64,000 bases of DNA. Source: Tubulanus polymorphus. Its lineage: Eukaryota > Animalia > Nemertea. This document shows positions 11,901 through 23,852 of this stretch, one piece after another. Numbering within the stretch: position 1 is the stretch's first letter; each line of letters opens with the position of its first letter. The DNA is taken from positions 6,099,950 through 6,163,949 of the forward strand of contig NC_134026.1 in assembly GCF_964204645.1 (NCBI RefSeq), read 5' to 3'. Both the position numbers and the translations under genes were made by a program. The notes under the pieces were generated by a model. The model worked only from the letters and a program-made list of their open reading frames with translations. It made no database searches and was not told where the DNA came from.

Positions 11901-14900
11901 ATTTAGACAAACTATAGCAGCTTAAGTGTTAAAACTTTGAAGCCCAAATATTTTCGTTAAGCCAGACTCAAAACCGAGTTCCTCTGTCCTGACTTCGGTT
12001 ATTGTTTGATTGTTGACTGCCGAATCAGATTCTGATGTTTATACAGTGGAACCTCCTCAATATAACGAACTCGGAAACAAGGATTCATCGGATATATACA
12101 GGGATGAGAACCAGGGATTATGAAAAAAGCGGGACTTTTGATGAAATTTTTTGTTAATTACTGAAATTGCAGCTAAACTGCAACATAGGTGGGGGTTAAG
12201 CTTAAGGTGGGTGTTACCAGCATGATTTCCTCAACAGCCCTATTTCAATTCTAGATGGCAGCACGAATTGGTTATTTTTTCACAGTAGTTTATATTGGCA
12301 ATACCAGATGGCAGCACACGAAAATCTTCGAACGAAATAATGTTGCAAGCTAAAATACTCTTGTGAGCGAAAACATATTGCCAGACACAGCACACCGCCA
12401 CCCCCCCCCCCCCCCCCTATCAATTTCTCAACGGACCTGGACAATTAAGAAAGCTTGTGTTTTTAAATTTCTCATCACAAAAAGCGGGAAACCGCCAAAA
12501 AGCGGGAAATTCTCACCCATGTATAACAAATACAGAATTTTGTCCTAAGTAAGACAATTTGGCTAATTTCATACTGGATATAACGAACTATCGGTTATAA
12601 CGAACATTTTTTCTGGTCCCGTGAATTTCTTTGTAACAAGGTTCCACTGTAAGAGTGATACGAAAACTTACTTTTCAATGCTGACGAATGTATACATCGT
12701 ACCGGCTTTAGTTTCCACATCGAAATCGAACGACCGCGTGTTGCCGGTGCTTCTCGAGAAATTCACGTGATCGATCTCGTCGAATCTGATATGCACCGGC
12801 GGTTTATGCACGAATATGAAACCGCGTTCGAGCGGATAGAGATGACCGGTCGCCGCTTTGAATGAACACGAGATCGCGTGCGTACCTGAATTTCTGTAAA
12901 GAAAAAATGGAAAATGTTATAATGATAGTAATTCATTTTGTCATCTATGAAAATTCTATATGAATTTTCATAACATTCACACATAATCTATATTGCCTTT
13001 TCATGACAGGGATGATGTATGGAAAGCCATTATCAGCCCAATGAGGGAACCATAACACCCCTCTTATGACAGACTCAACGCAATGCGTGTAGTTTTGAGA
13101 GCTGAATAAATCATGAAACTTGGCTGGAGTTACACATGGAGCTAAGACAGGGGTGAAAATTTTGTTATCTGCCGCCTGTACGGTCAATTCCGGCTTATAT
13201 GAAGTATGTTGGAACCAACAAAAAAAATCTTGAGCACATCAAACAATTCTGATCGTACTATAACAATACTGAAATTCTACCTACCCTACAAAGCTGCCCG
13301 GTACCGTTATCTTTCTGTTAACAAATGCTTTCATTACTCGACTGATGATTTCAAAAGTGGGCCCACTCATCTCTTGAGTCAATTTGCCTTCATATTTCTC
13401 TTGAAGTTCTTCCCTATGAAAAAATACAGCATTTATGACGAATGTGTAAAAACATTTATCAAAAGAAAGAGTTCATCAAATTTTTTCTTATGAAAGCATT
13501 TTTAACTTACTCCGTCAAAGCTAACTCTAAGGTGATTTCCTCTTCTTTGTTAAATAACAAAATCAAGAAATGGTACCGTGTCTGGCCTTGTTTTATTGGA
13601 GGATCCAAACTAACCTACAAAATGATAGGTCAAACATTTGATAAAACATCACTAAGTACTTAAAAAGAAAAATATCATTTTGCCGAGAAACTGGAAGTTG
13701 AGCGTTTACAGTTCAGGAATTGATTATAAACATACCACGAAGAACATTTGTCGGCCATCTTTGTGTGGCAATAGGAATAAACGCAGAATGGTGGTCAGTG
13801 GAATCTTGAAATCAAATGTTTTACCATGAAGCTGAATGAATGTCGGATAGAACTTGATATCATAACGACCTCTGAAATAATAACATCATAAGACATCGAT
13901 AACTAGCAATTCAAGCCTAGATCCGGTCAAAATTTGTTCACCGTTTACTAGCCGGCCTACCTTGGTGTGAGACATTGAATTTCTGAAAATATAGCCAAAG
14001 CATCTCCAGTGGCTTGAATGATGTCGGCTTTTTGTAGCACATTTTCGTGAAATTCCTTAAATTACAAGTGCAGATAAATAACAAATTAGTCGAAGACTTA
14101 ACTCGCCAACAATTTTTCTGAGAACAAATATGCCGAATCAACCTCAACAAAATCTGATCATTACTTACTTCGACGGGGTCTTTTTCGGCGTTAGGGTCGG
14201 GAGGAATATGAAACCGTAGTTCCGTCAGCGAGACTGCTGCGTCGTCATTCTGATGAAATTCGAGAGTTATTTCATTTTTACCGACCCGACTCTGCGATAC
14301 GTTACACAATGGTACTTCAAACGCTAAATGTTTATTCACGTTAAACTCCACTGACGTTCCTGTAAATATTCAAAATTTGTTCCTTTTTACATCTGAGTGC
14401 AATTGTCTATCCCACTCTGCAAGCAAACTTCAAACCAACTGAATCAATAATAGCTGTTAAACTGGACATGTAGTGGTATAAAAAATTTCCAAAATGCTGC
14501 TTAAAGTACGTACCGATAAAGTCAGCCACCCCCCAGTTCCAGCCTTTGACCGATACATCTTTCTTTTCGAGCGTAGCACCATAGTTTGCGCGAATGAAAG
14601 TTGATAATTTCTCAAACTCCTGAAAATGATGAATACAAGTTAGTTAATGGCAAAAAAATACAATTTTGGGATTAAAGATCGGCTGACCAACAGCGTAGTG
14701 GGGCCGCTGCCTGCCTCTTGATACCCTCTAAGCATTTGAAACAGGAATAGTTAAAGTCCCTTCATTGCCTCTTCATTATATTGAGTTCAAATATTTTCTG
14801 TGAATCTGGACCTAGTCCTGGGTTGAGATTTAACTCATCGAAAATGAACTAATTTTAAGTGGCAGTTAACTCTTAACTTGCAACTTAGAACCGAATCCAG

Positions 14901-15580
14901 GCGTTTATATCATTGACGATATTACAATATCTGCGAAAATGTTGACAAAATCCCACAAGAACGACTAGTTAGTAGTGTATAGAAGAAACTGGCAGAAATA
15001 TTTCTATAGTTTTAAAAGGAATCATAATAAGTAAACATTTTCATCTATAGATTATCCGAGTAAATCCTCGCTTACTGTATCTTTCATGCCGTCGTATCTG
15101 TGAATGGATCCATTTTGTAATTTGAATTTGAGGCAGAACCCGCGAGCGCGAACGATCCAATTAACGTCATCGATATCGGCAGCCACAAACTGGTCGACTC
15201 GACCTGTTTTGATATTTTTGAATACGACATTCGAGCTCTGTAGCTTTAACCGTCCGGGATTCTGAAAATAAACATGTTTCATAGTCAGACGGCACCGCTC
15301 ACACAAAACAGAGACAACCCAGCCTCATATATAACCTCGCACGAATTGAGGGGAGGCATAATGAACATTAGATGAAGCAGAAAAACTGACATGAATGTGA
15401 CAATTAATAGCCGTACGTGCACAAACATGTGGAGGTAAAAAAGGGATGAATAAAGTTTGAATTGAATTTGTTTTAAAACATGAGAAAGGTCGATTAAAAA
15501 GTGAGTGAGGAAATCTGGATACATACCATCGTTCCTCTAACTTCTTGCAGAACATCCGAATATTCTAGATAATCACCCAT
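8925..15580 (-). CDS. SSRP1: FACT complex subunit SSRP1 (~733 aa, 16 coding exons)
   Basis: Exons 15527-15580 ([18 protein letters not shown]), 15076-15261, 14514-14619 (SVKGWNWG), 14169-14359, 13961-14055, 13736-13871, 13511-13614, 13285-13413, 12672-12893, 11775-11847, 11553-11682, 11025-11188, 10680-10868 (HMG box [15 protein letters not shown]), 10293-10423, 9261-9483, 8925-8993. Total 2202 nt, in frame, TAG stop. Confidence 0.96.
9746..10235. mobile_element. Non-autonomous DNA transposon in SSRP1 intron
   Basis: TIRs CAGAGTTGCCACTT / AAGTGGCAACACTG, flanked by duplicated ATGAAT, with subterminal (AA)TCCGGA repeats. Confidence 0.75.
11322..11475. mobile_element. Tc1/mariner-like MITE
   Basis: CAGTAGACTCCGCT ... 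AGCGGAATCTACCG-TA imperfect TIRs. Confidence 0.55.
12044..12649. mobile_element. Tc1/mariner-like MITE, host of a nested insertion
   Basis: TA-CAGTGGAACCT ... AGGTTCCACTG-TA, with internal TATAACGAAC repeats. Confidence 0.75.
12099..12521. mobile_element. Nested MITE
   Basis: CAGGGATGAGAA ... TTCTCACCCATG, flanked by TATA, with AAAAGCGGGA subterminal repeats. Confidence 0.65.
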
Positions 15581-15794
15581 GATTGTCAATTTAATACCAC
15601 CTGCACTTAAATAAGAGTTTCATTCATTCAGCAGGAATAAATCCCGCAAAATTTTACCGGACGGTAAGTATTCTATGCAATCTGGCATCGCCGCTCTCAC
15701 TTGCCAGTGGTTGTTCGAAACAGCCGTCGCGTTCGAATCCCACATTTAGAGGACGAAATCTACGTGTTCTGGATTTGGTGTTTATCTTAAGTCA

Positions 15795-16060
15795 CAGGCA
15801 CAGGAACATGTCACAATTGATAGTGAATGAATAAAACCACTATCCCGGTATACTAAAATAATTCACTTGTTTTTTTTATCATACAGGGATACTGGGGTTG
15901 GTCATTGATACTGGTTTTATTCATTCACTATCAATTATGACAATTAAGTCCCTGTGGTCACAGGGGCCTGACACAACAAGTTTTTGACCCCAGTATCCTA
16001 GGTACTATATAATAAAAAAGGATTACTGGGGTCAAAAATTTTTTGTGTCAGGCCCCTGTG
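15795..16060. mobile_element. Two adjacent hairpin MITEs upstream of SSRP1
   Basis: TGTCACAATTGATAGTGAATGAATAAAACCA has its inverse at ~15910-15942. CACAGGGGCCTGACACAA...TTGTGTCAGGCCCCTGTG spans 15959-16060. A related half copy lies at ~55190-55258. Confidence 0.65.
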
Positions 16061-16380
16061 TCGTTATAGTCAGTAGAGTTGTCGTGCTTCGACGGAATCT
16101 AGATGCCACAGGTTCGAATACCTCTGGAAGGATGTAATTCATTCATATTTCTTTTATTTCCAGTCCATGATAAATCGCCCAACGCACTTGTGGAAAACGC
16201 GTTCGGTGTGTTCTGTAATGCCTGCGTTGGGCTCACGAGTATCTTCTTCGATACGTCCGAAAAAAAAGCCGAGGGGCTCGTAGTGAAGATTTGGGGTGAA
16301 TGGTCGCTGGGATATTGGATGATCCAAGCTACTGCAAGGTTCACTTTAACTCGAGCCCCTGTGAAAAAGAACAAACCAAT
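16060..16380 (+). mobile_element. Possible tRNA-derived SINE
   Basis: A-box-like TAGTCAGTAG and B-box-like GGTTCGAATACC at ~16110. No convincing cloverleaf. Confidence 0.3.
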
Positions 16381-16626
16381 GTGAATATTGACTTTCGAAG
16401 AAATTTTCTCATAATTTATTACATAATTTCTACTTTTTCGACACAAAATGCTGAAATATAACGCAGAGTTTTAACTTTGCAGGTTAAATGATTAGGTACC
16501 GTACCGGTCTGGAAAATATTGCATGGAAATGCACTCTTGTTAATTCAGATTCAAACGTTTACGATTCACTACAGTCGAACTAAACGCGGGGATTAGGCGA
16601 GTTAAATCATTACGAAGATGGATGAG

Positions 16627-16656
16627 ATGAATGAATGAATGAATGAATGAATGAAT
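16627..16656. repeat. (GAAT)n microsatellite
   Basis: About 7 tandem GAAT units. Confidence 0.85.
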
Positions 16657-16769
16657 ATATAATGTACCCGTAGTTCATTTGACAATTTTATGTACGCGGC
16701 GTATTTAATCTAATTCAATAAAGTCTCTTATACAATCTTGAAACAGGGCCTTATTTTACTGGTACCCGT

Positions 16770-17507
16770 TCAATGTGCGAGAAATCCTCCGTCAATAACT
16801 AACGTAACGCCATTCAACATCGACGATTTGCCACTGAGTAAATGGAGAATTTGAACAATTACATCTTCTTCTTCTGCGAATCTTCCAAGAGGAATTTGAT
16901 CGAGCATTCCCTTTTTCCTGGTAGGTTCGCTCCATGCTTTCACGCCCATCGCGGTCATTACGACAGTCGGGTTGACGGAATTCGTACGGATGTTGTACGG
17001 GCCGAGTTCAACGGCCATTATTTTCGTCAGCGCGTCCATGGCCGCTTTGCTCATACAGTAAGCCGTGTGGTCGATAAATCTATGCTCGGAAGCTACCGAA
17101 GATACGTTGACGATGGAACCGGCGCATTTTCTTTCAACCATATCGTTAGCTATCAGTTGCGAAATCTGGAAAGCCGCTTTAGTATTAACGGTCATTGTCC
17201 GATCGTAGGACTCTTCACTCATCGTGAGAAATGATTCTGGAAATGTAACTCCCGCATTATTGACGAGAAGATCAATAGGCAGTGCTTTTTGGATCAGTTC
17301 TTTCGTAGCATTCCAATTACACACATCAGCGCATATCGTATGAACTTCAGGTAGCTCTGATTTCAAACTGTCCAAATCTGACTGAGTTCTGCTTAGAGCA
17401 AAAACTGCAGCACCAGCTTCACGCAATGCTTTAACACACGCTCGTCCAATTCCTTTTCCTGCACCAGTTACCAGCGCTCTCTTTCCGGCAAATTCAGACT
17501 CTGCCAT
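16770..17507 (-). CDS. DCXR: DCXR/L-xylulose reductase-like SDR, copy 1
   Basis: TGAGKGIG, SRT (NADP-type), NNAG, NVSS, YCMSK, VNPTVVMTAMG, DGG motifs. Most canonical DCXR-like copy; uninterrupted CDS. Confidence 0.93.
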   Translation of the reverse strand: MAESEFAGKRALVTGAGKGIGRACVKALREAGAAVFALSRTQSDLDSLKSELPEVHTICADVCNWNATKELIQKALPIDLLVNNAGVTFPESFLTMSEESYDRTMTVNTKAAFQISQLIANDMVERKCAGSIVNVSSVASEHRFIDHTAYCMSKAAMDALTKIMAVELGPYNIRTNSVNPTVVMTAMGVKAWSEPTRKKGMLDQIPLGRFAEEEDVIVQILHLLSGKSSMLNGVTLVIDGGFLAH

Positions 17508-17847
17508 TTTTATCTCTGAAAAACAATTTTCACAGATAAGATAAGCTCACAACTTGGCTTTAATTGGAAGCACAAGGGCGCAGCTAACGGCATAGGACCT
17601 TTCGCACGACACAACGCATGTTGAGCGATCGCTCATCAAGAAAAACATTTATTTTTTGAATAGTCGTTCAATCAGAAAAAAGCTTTTATGAATAACATAA
17701 TCTTTAAATCTGCTATACCATGATCTATTGTTGTTACATCTATATGTACCACGATCTACTTATGACGGAAAGGACTATCATCTAAATAATGAAAAATACA
17801 ATTTTCAGGAAACAGGAAAACCCTGTTAGTGCTAACCGTGGTTCCTC

Positions 17848-18187
17848 CAGAAATCTGGAAAGCCGATTTAGCGTTGATGGCCATTGTATTGTCATGTTTC
17901 TCCAGTTGTTGATAGAAATGATTGCAAAACAGCAATTCCCGCATTATTGACGAGTAAGTCAATAGGTAGAGATTTTTCGACAATTTTTTTCGTGACACGA
18001 TCCCAATCAGTAATATCAGCACACAGTGTATGCGCTTCTGATTTTAAACTGTCCAAATCTGATTGAGTTCTGCTTAGAGCAAAAACTTCAGCACCCGCTT
18101 CACACAATGCTAATTGTGCTCGTCCAATTCCTTTTCCTGGCCGACCAATCACGGGGCTCTCTTTTCGGCAAAAAGAACCGACTCCAT
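17848..18187 (-). pseudogene. DCXR-like pseudogene (5' half)
   Basis: MESVLFAEKRAP followed by a frameshift/stop, small deletions, and truncation after KSAFQIS. Upstream DNA (~18180-18470) is homologous to that of copy 3 (~21725-21990). Confidence 0.88.
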
Positions 18188-19296
18188 CTCTATTTCTGAA
18201 ATAGAATTGTCATAGATTAAAGGCGACATCGGTTTTAGACTCACATTCGTTTCAACCAACGGCCTTTGAACTTTAGATGCTACCCAGTGGCTGGCCAGTG
18301 TAATCCGTGACCGTGCGTCGTGCTGCGCGGGGTGGGTTTTTACCTAATACGTAAGTCCTTGAGACTTCTCAATCGCGTGCAAAGCGGCCGCAGCAAGGTT
18401 TTACTACGTAGTGTGTCGACACAACGGGTTTTACACACAAAGAAAGCAAAACCGTTCAATGAAACGCCTGCTTGAATGGTATGATAGTCCGGGGACCAAG
18501 TTCGACGTCATACTTCACATGAAGTATATAAAACCTTCGATAGAAATTATTCAATATCTGTTTCATTAGCTACGTTCCCCTCGTGACTGTTCCTACTTCG
18601 TGACATCATTAGCAAAATCGAGTGAGAATTCGTTGAAAGCTGCCAGTGACGCCGGTCCCCGAAGTCTGTATCAGTGGCCGATCTAGGGGAGAGGGGGATC
18701 CGGACTCCTCCTAAAATTTTGAGGTCCCTTTAGATTTCCCTACTCAATTATTCCACAATGTAAATTTTCTGAAGAAATCGCGGGCAACTGAAAAAATATA
18801 CAAATTCTGGTGTGGCAAGCCGTAGGCCTACCATGAAATCCACAAAAATCGCGGCATGCTTGGAAAAACCCATCCTAAGTGGAGACACTCTCTTTCTTTG
18901 AACCTCAATCCGCCCCTGGTGCACTCATGGTGATTTCTCAAATCACATTGAGTCACAACACATCTATCGGCACAGGATGTTTGCTGAATCCACAAAATGT
19001 AAGGAATCGTTAGTAAAAAGTCACAATTTTTGGCATGGTCCACTTAAAACCGATTGCTGTCTTGCGCGCCGTAAACTTGAAAAGGTATCGAGCAAAACAC
19101 AGATATTTTTTTGGCTATTCGTTTAATACGATGCTTTTATTTCGTGAGGCGACTCGACTGATAACCTTTTAACGTTTATCTTTAGTTACTTTATTGTAAC
19201 GGAACAAATCATTGAACATGTAAAAAATCTAATTTCGTATATTTCATATATATTTCAGGAGTTTCAGAGAAAAGCTGGACATACGTTCATGAGTTT

Positions 19297-20037
19297 TCAA
19301 TTAGCGATAAATCCTCCATCGATGTACAGTATAGTACCATTCAACATCGACGATTTATCACTGAGTAAGTGGAGAATCTGATTGGTAACATCTTTGACTA
19401 GAAGGAACTTTCCAAGAGGGATACGACTGAGAAAAGCTTTTCTATCTTCCGCTCTCACCGGATCACCCCATACTTTCTCACCCAACGGGGTTAACGTAAT
19501 TCCGGGGTTTACGGAATTCGTGCGAATATTGTAAGGCCCGAGTTCCACGGCCATCACTTTTGTCATCGCATCCAGGGCCGTTTTACTCACACAGTAAGCC
19601 GTGTGATCTTGGTGTCTGTGCGCGGTAGCAATCGAAGATACATTGACGATGGAACCGGCAGATTTTCTTTTAACCATATCATTAGCAATTAACTGAGAAA
19701 TTTGGAAAGCCGCTTTAGTATTAGTGGCCATTGTTTCATCGAATGCTTCTTCGGTTGTCGATAGAAAAGACTGCAAAATACAAACTCCTGCATTATTGAC
19801 GAGTAAGTCAATAGGTAAAGATTTTTGTATCAGTTCTTTCGTAGCATCCCAATCAGTAATATCAGCGCATAACGTATGAACTTCAGGTAGCTCCGATTTC
19901 AAACTGTCCAAATCTGATTGAGTTCTGCTTAGAGCAAAAACTTCAGCACCCGCTTCACACAATGCTTTAACACACGCTCGTCCAATTCCTTTTCCCGCAC
20001 CAGTCACCAGCGCTCTCTTTCCATTAAATTCAAACAT
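19297..20037 (-). CDS. DCXR-like SDR, copy 2
   Basis: Intact SDR motifs, YCVSK. Likely start MFEFNG at 20037, after TTTTCAG acceptor. Confidence 0.92.
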   Translation of the reverse strand: MFEFNGKRALVTGAGKGIGRACVKALCEAGAEVFALSRTQSDLDSLKSELPEVHTLCADITDWDATKELIQKSLPIDLLVNNAGVCILQSFLSTTEEAFDETMATNTKAAFQISQLIANDMVKRKSAGSIVNVSSIATAHRHQDHTAYCVSKTALDAMTKVMAVELGPYNIRTNSVNPGITLTPLGEKVWGDPVRAEDRKAFLSRIPLGKFLLVKDVTNQILHLLSDKSSMLNGTILYIDGGFIAN

Positions 20038-20994
20038 TTTGAGCGAATCTGAAAATGACAATAGATGTACTCTAGTTACACATAACCTTTACTAATGCGC
20101 TAATTGGCTTTGTCGTAATCAATTATTTAGCTTTCCGAATTTGACTTTGCGTGCCCTCTGAATTGGACTGTGGTTGTCCCCTGAATCTAAGATGGAGTTC
20201 TTTTAATACTGAAACTGATAAATTACTGGTTGTGCGGTTCCTTACTGTGATGAGTGCTAAACAAAAGCTCGCTTCAATCACAATCTTTATGCCACGTATA
20301 TCCAAGTATAACATATTTCATTTGGTCAATTGGTTCTTATATCTTTGTTTATGTCAAAAGTCAAGCGCTGACTAGAAATCATGTTCTTCGGTATTTGTAA
20401 GATCCCTGCTTCACCTCAAACTAAAAACAAATCATTGCTTTAACATACATTTTAGTTTTTGTCCTTAGTCATCATATGTAGCATATCTTAAATTAACTGT
20501 ATTTTGAAATCTGCTATTTGGTACATCAAGTTTTAACTTAGGGTTAAGATGTTGAACTCAAGAATGCAATTGAAACATCTAGTTGTAGAATTGAATTGTT
20601 TTGATTTGTTCAATTATTTTACTTTTCTTTCATAAACTACTTTTTAGCAAGGCTCAAGAAGCTGATTTTGTTTGATGCGCCAAAAGTCGAATATTTCTGT
20701 TGATAGTCGATCGGTCAAAAGGTCAATTGTTACTGTGAAATTATCCTTGTCAAAGACGTCCAATGAATTGCTGAATTAACATAACAATCTGCACAAATTA
20801 AGAATAGCTTTTTAATTTGTTTATCTTTTCGATCCAGCTTATCTAAGATATACAATATTCAGCAGCAAATAGAAATCAGTGGAATGAAAGATGTTGAAAC
20901 ATTTACATCACAATGAAAAATATTGAAACGTCTCACATTGTTTAATCCATCAATTGTAACACTTGCTTTCATATTCTTGTTGGTGGCCGGGGAT

Positions 20995-21735
20995 TCAGTT
21001 TGCGAAAATTCCACCATCAACAGGTAAAATAACCCCGTTCAACATCGACGATTTATCACTGAGTAAATGAAGAATTTGATTTGTGATATCTTCCACCTCA
21101 ACCAGTCGCTTAATCGGCTGGTGATCGAGAATGATCTTTTGATTGTCTGGATCGTCATATCCAGCTTTCCGAACCATCGCAGTTAGCGTCAGCGATGGGT
21201 TGACGGAATTCGTGCGAATGTTGTACGGCCCGAGTTCTACAGCCATACATTTTGTCATCGCATCCAAGGCAGCTTTGCTCATACAATAAGCCGTGCGACC
21301 TGGAAATCTGCGTTTGGAACTGACCGAAGATACATTGACGATGGAACCGGCACATTTTCTTTCAACCAAATCATTAGCAATTAACTGAGAAATCAGGAAA
21401 GCCGCTTTAGTATTAATCGCCTGTATTTCATCGTATGCTTCTTCGGTTGTTGTTAAAAACGAATTCAATATATTGATACCAGCATTATTGACGAGAAGTT
21501 GAACAGGTAGTGCTTTTTGAATAACTTCCTTTGTTGCATCCCAATCAGTTATATCAGCGCATGACGTATGAACTTCAGGCAGCTCTGATTTCAAACTGTC
21601 CAAATCTGATTGAGTTCTGCTTAGAGCAAAAACTTCAGCACCTGCTTCACACAATGCTTTGACACACGCTCGTCCAATTCCTTTTCCCGCACCAGTCACC
21701 AGCGCTCTCTTTCCGGCAAAAAGAACCGATTTCAT
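20995..21735 (-). CDS. DCXR-like SDR, copy 3
   Basis: Intact SDR motifs, YCMSK. Confidence 0.92.
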   Translation of the reverse strand: MKSVLFAGKRALVTGAGKGIGRACVKALCEAGAEVFALSRTQSDLDSLKSELPEVHTSCADITDWDATKEVIQKALPVQLLVNNAGINILNSFLTTTEEAYDEIQAINTKAAFLISQLIANDLVERKCAGSIVNVSSVSSKRRFPGRTAYCMSKAALDAMTKCMAVELGPYNIRTNSVNPSLTLTAMVRKAGYDDPDNQKIILDHQPIKRLVEVEDITNQILHLLSDKSSMLNGVILPVDGGIFAN

Positions 21736-22126
21736 TTCTATGTCTGAAATGGATTTTTGTCATAGATTACAGACGATGACTCACGTTGTTCGTTTCAGTT
21801 CACGGCCTTTGAACTTTAGATGCTACCCAGTGGTCAGTGACCGAGCGTCGTGCTGCGGGGGGTGTGTTTTCAAGTTTATACGTATGTCCTTTACGACTTC
21901 TCATACGCGTGTACAGCGGCCGCGGCAAGGTTTACTGCGCAGTGGTCGACCACACGAGTTGTACAAAATCAAAACCTTTCAATGAAACGTAGCATCTAGA
22001 ATTCTAAATGGGAACGTAAAACGTATAAATACATATACAAATGCGGTATTTCAATCAAAATATACATTCAGCGTTAAAAATTTCATAAATATACATAACC
22101 AGAAAACCAACTTCAAATTGTATTGA

Positions 22127-22181
22127 GAATTAGTGATAAATCCTCCATCGATGAACTGTCTAGTTCCATCATCGACGATTT
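22127..22181 (-). pseudogene. 3' remnant of a DCXR-like copy
   Basis: AATTAGTGATAAATCCTCCATCGATG...CATCGACGATTT matches the 3' end of copy 2 (19299-19356). Confidence 0.7.
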
Positions 22182-23117
22182 TGAGAATGGCGACTCCTCG
22201 TATTGAAACATTGCGTTGTAAAATGAAATTGTTTTGATTTGTTCACTTTTTCTTTCATAAACTATTTTTATCAAGAAGATGATTTTATTTGATGCATCAA
22301 AGGTCCAATATTTCTGTCGATGGCCAATTGTTACTTGTCATGTGAATGTGCCAGTACACTATCCACGCCATAGATCAGCTAGATATTTTAGCATGAAACA
22401 AGATCCGCTTATACACATGAACAGTTTATCATATCCAGGGTTGGAAAATTAATACTTGCTGTCAAGGTCAGTGGCTATATAGCTTATGATAATATGCTCA
22501 ACGAGGACCTATTCAATTCGAATAATTGCCACGTTAATTGTTTCAGTTTCATCAAGCCGGTGGAAATTCTCGAGGCAAAAAGAACTGTTCTACGACCCGG
22601 GTGAAGTTGACTTGTTCCTTGCTTCTTATTCGGCTACTTATTAAAATGTGAAAATGGTTGCATATTCGGCTACTTATTCGACTACTGATATTTTTTCGCC
22701 TCTACCGTTATCAAATCCTCTAAATCGATTCGCTGCACTTTAATTTTAGCAATTAACGCCTCCCTGTAGTGAAAACGCCGAAAAAAACATCAGATGACCT
22801 CTCATTACCGATTGTTAGGTCTGATACATCATATTCAATTATTACCTTCCAATAAGTTACAAGGAACCGTTAGTTGTTACTTATCCGGATAGTTATTTGA
22901 CTTTTTTGGTTTTTCTTTTCGACTGTTTAAGACTTTACATTTAAAAAGTAATGATTTCTCCCAATATAATGTATATTTTTCAAACGAGTTACAAATGTTG
23001 AGGACACGAAGTAGAAATGTTGGCTTCAATTATTTGAATTAAAATACCAGGATACCAGGTACCGCTTAATCAAAAATTTCGTAAAATGGTTAAGTATTTG
23101 TCCGTTTGCCGGAATAT

Positions 23118-23852
23118 TCAGTTAGCCAAAAGTCCACCATCAACGGGTAATATAACGCCATTTAACATCGACGATTTTTCGCTGAGTAAATGAAGAATTT
23201 GATTTGTGACATCTTTCTCTTCAACTAGCCGCTTAATGGGGTGTAGGTCGAGAACCATTTTTTGCTTGTCTGGATGATCGTATCCAAGTTTCCGAACCAA
23301 TGGAGTGAGCGTCAGCGATGGGTTGACGGAATTCGTCCGGATGTTGTAAGGCCCGAGTTCTACGGCCATAATTTTTGTCATTGCATCCAAGGCTGCTTTG
23401 CTCATGCAAGTAGCTGTGAACCCCGTATAGATGCGTTTAGAATTCACCGAAGACACATTAACAATAGAACCAGCACATTTTCTTTTAACCATATCATTAG
23501 CGATTAACTGAGAAATCTTGAAGGCTGCTTTGGTGTTGGTGGCCATCACTTTTTCGTATGCATCTTCACTGAATGTGAGGAATGGCTGGCTTACAGCAAA
23601 TCCCGCATTATTGACGAGTAAGTCAATAGGTAGAGATTTTTCGACAAGTTCTTTAGTGACATCCCAATCAGTAATATCGGCACACAACGTATGAACTTCA
23701 GGCAGCTCTGATTTCAAACTGTCCAAATCTGATTGAGTTCTGCTCAGAGCAAAAACTTCAGCACCAGCTTCACGCAATGCTTTAACACACGCTCGTCCAA
23801 TTCCCTTTCCCGCACCAGTCACCAGCGCTCTCTTTCCAGCAAATTCAGACAT
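23118..23852 (-). CDS. DCXR-like SDR, copy 4 (catalytic Tyr replaced by Thr)
   Basis: Intact ORF; active-site motif reads TCMSK instead of YxxSK. Confidence 0.9.
   Translation of the reverse strand: MSEFAGKRALVTGAGKGIGRACVKALREAGAEVFALSRTQSDLDSLKSELPEVHTLCADITDWDVTKELVEKSLPIDLLVNNAGFAVSQPFLTFSEDAYEKVMATNTKAAFKISQLIANDMVKRKCAGSIVNVSSVNSKRIYTGFTATCMSKAALDAMTKIMAVELGPYNIRTNSVNPSLTLTPLVRKLGYDHPDKQKMVLDLHPIKRLVEEKDVTNQILHLLSEKSSMLNGVILPVDGGLLAN

Noticed and set aside
16060-16135. tRNA gene
   Set aside because: B-box present but no acceptor or anticodon stems could be formed; at best a SINE head.
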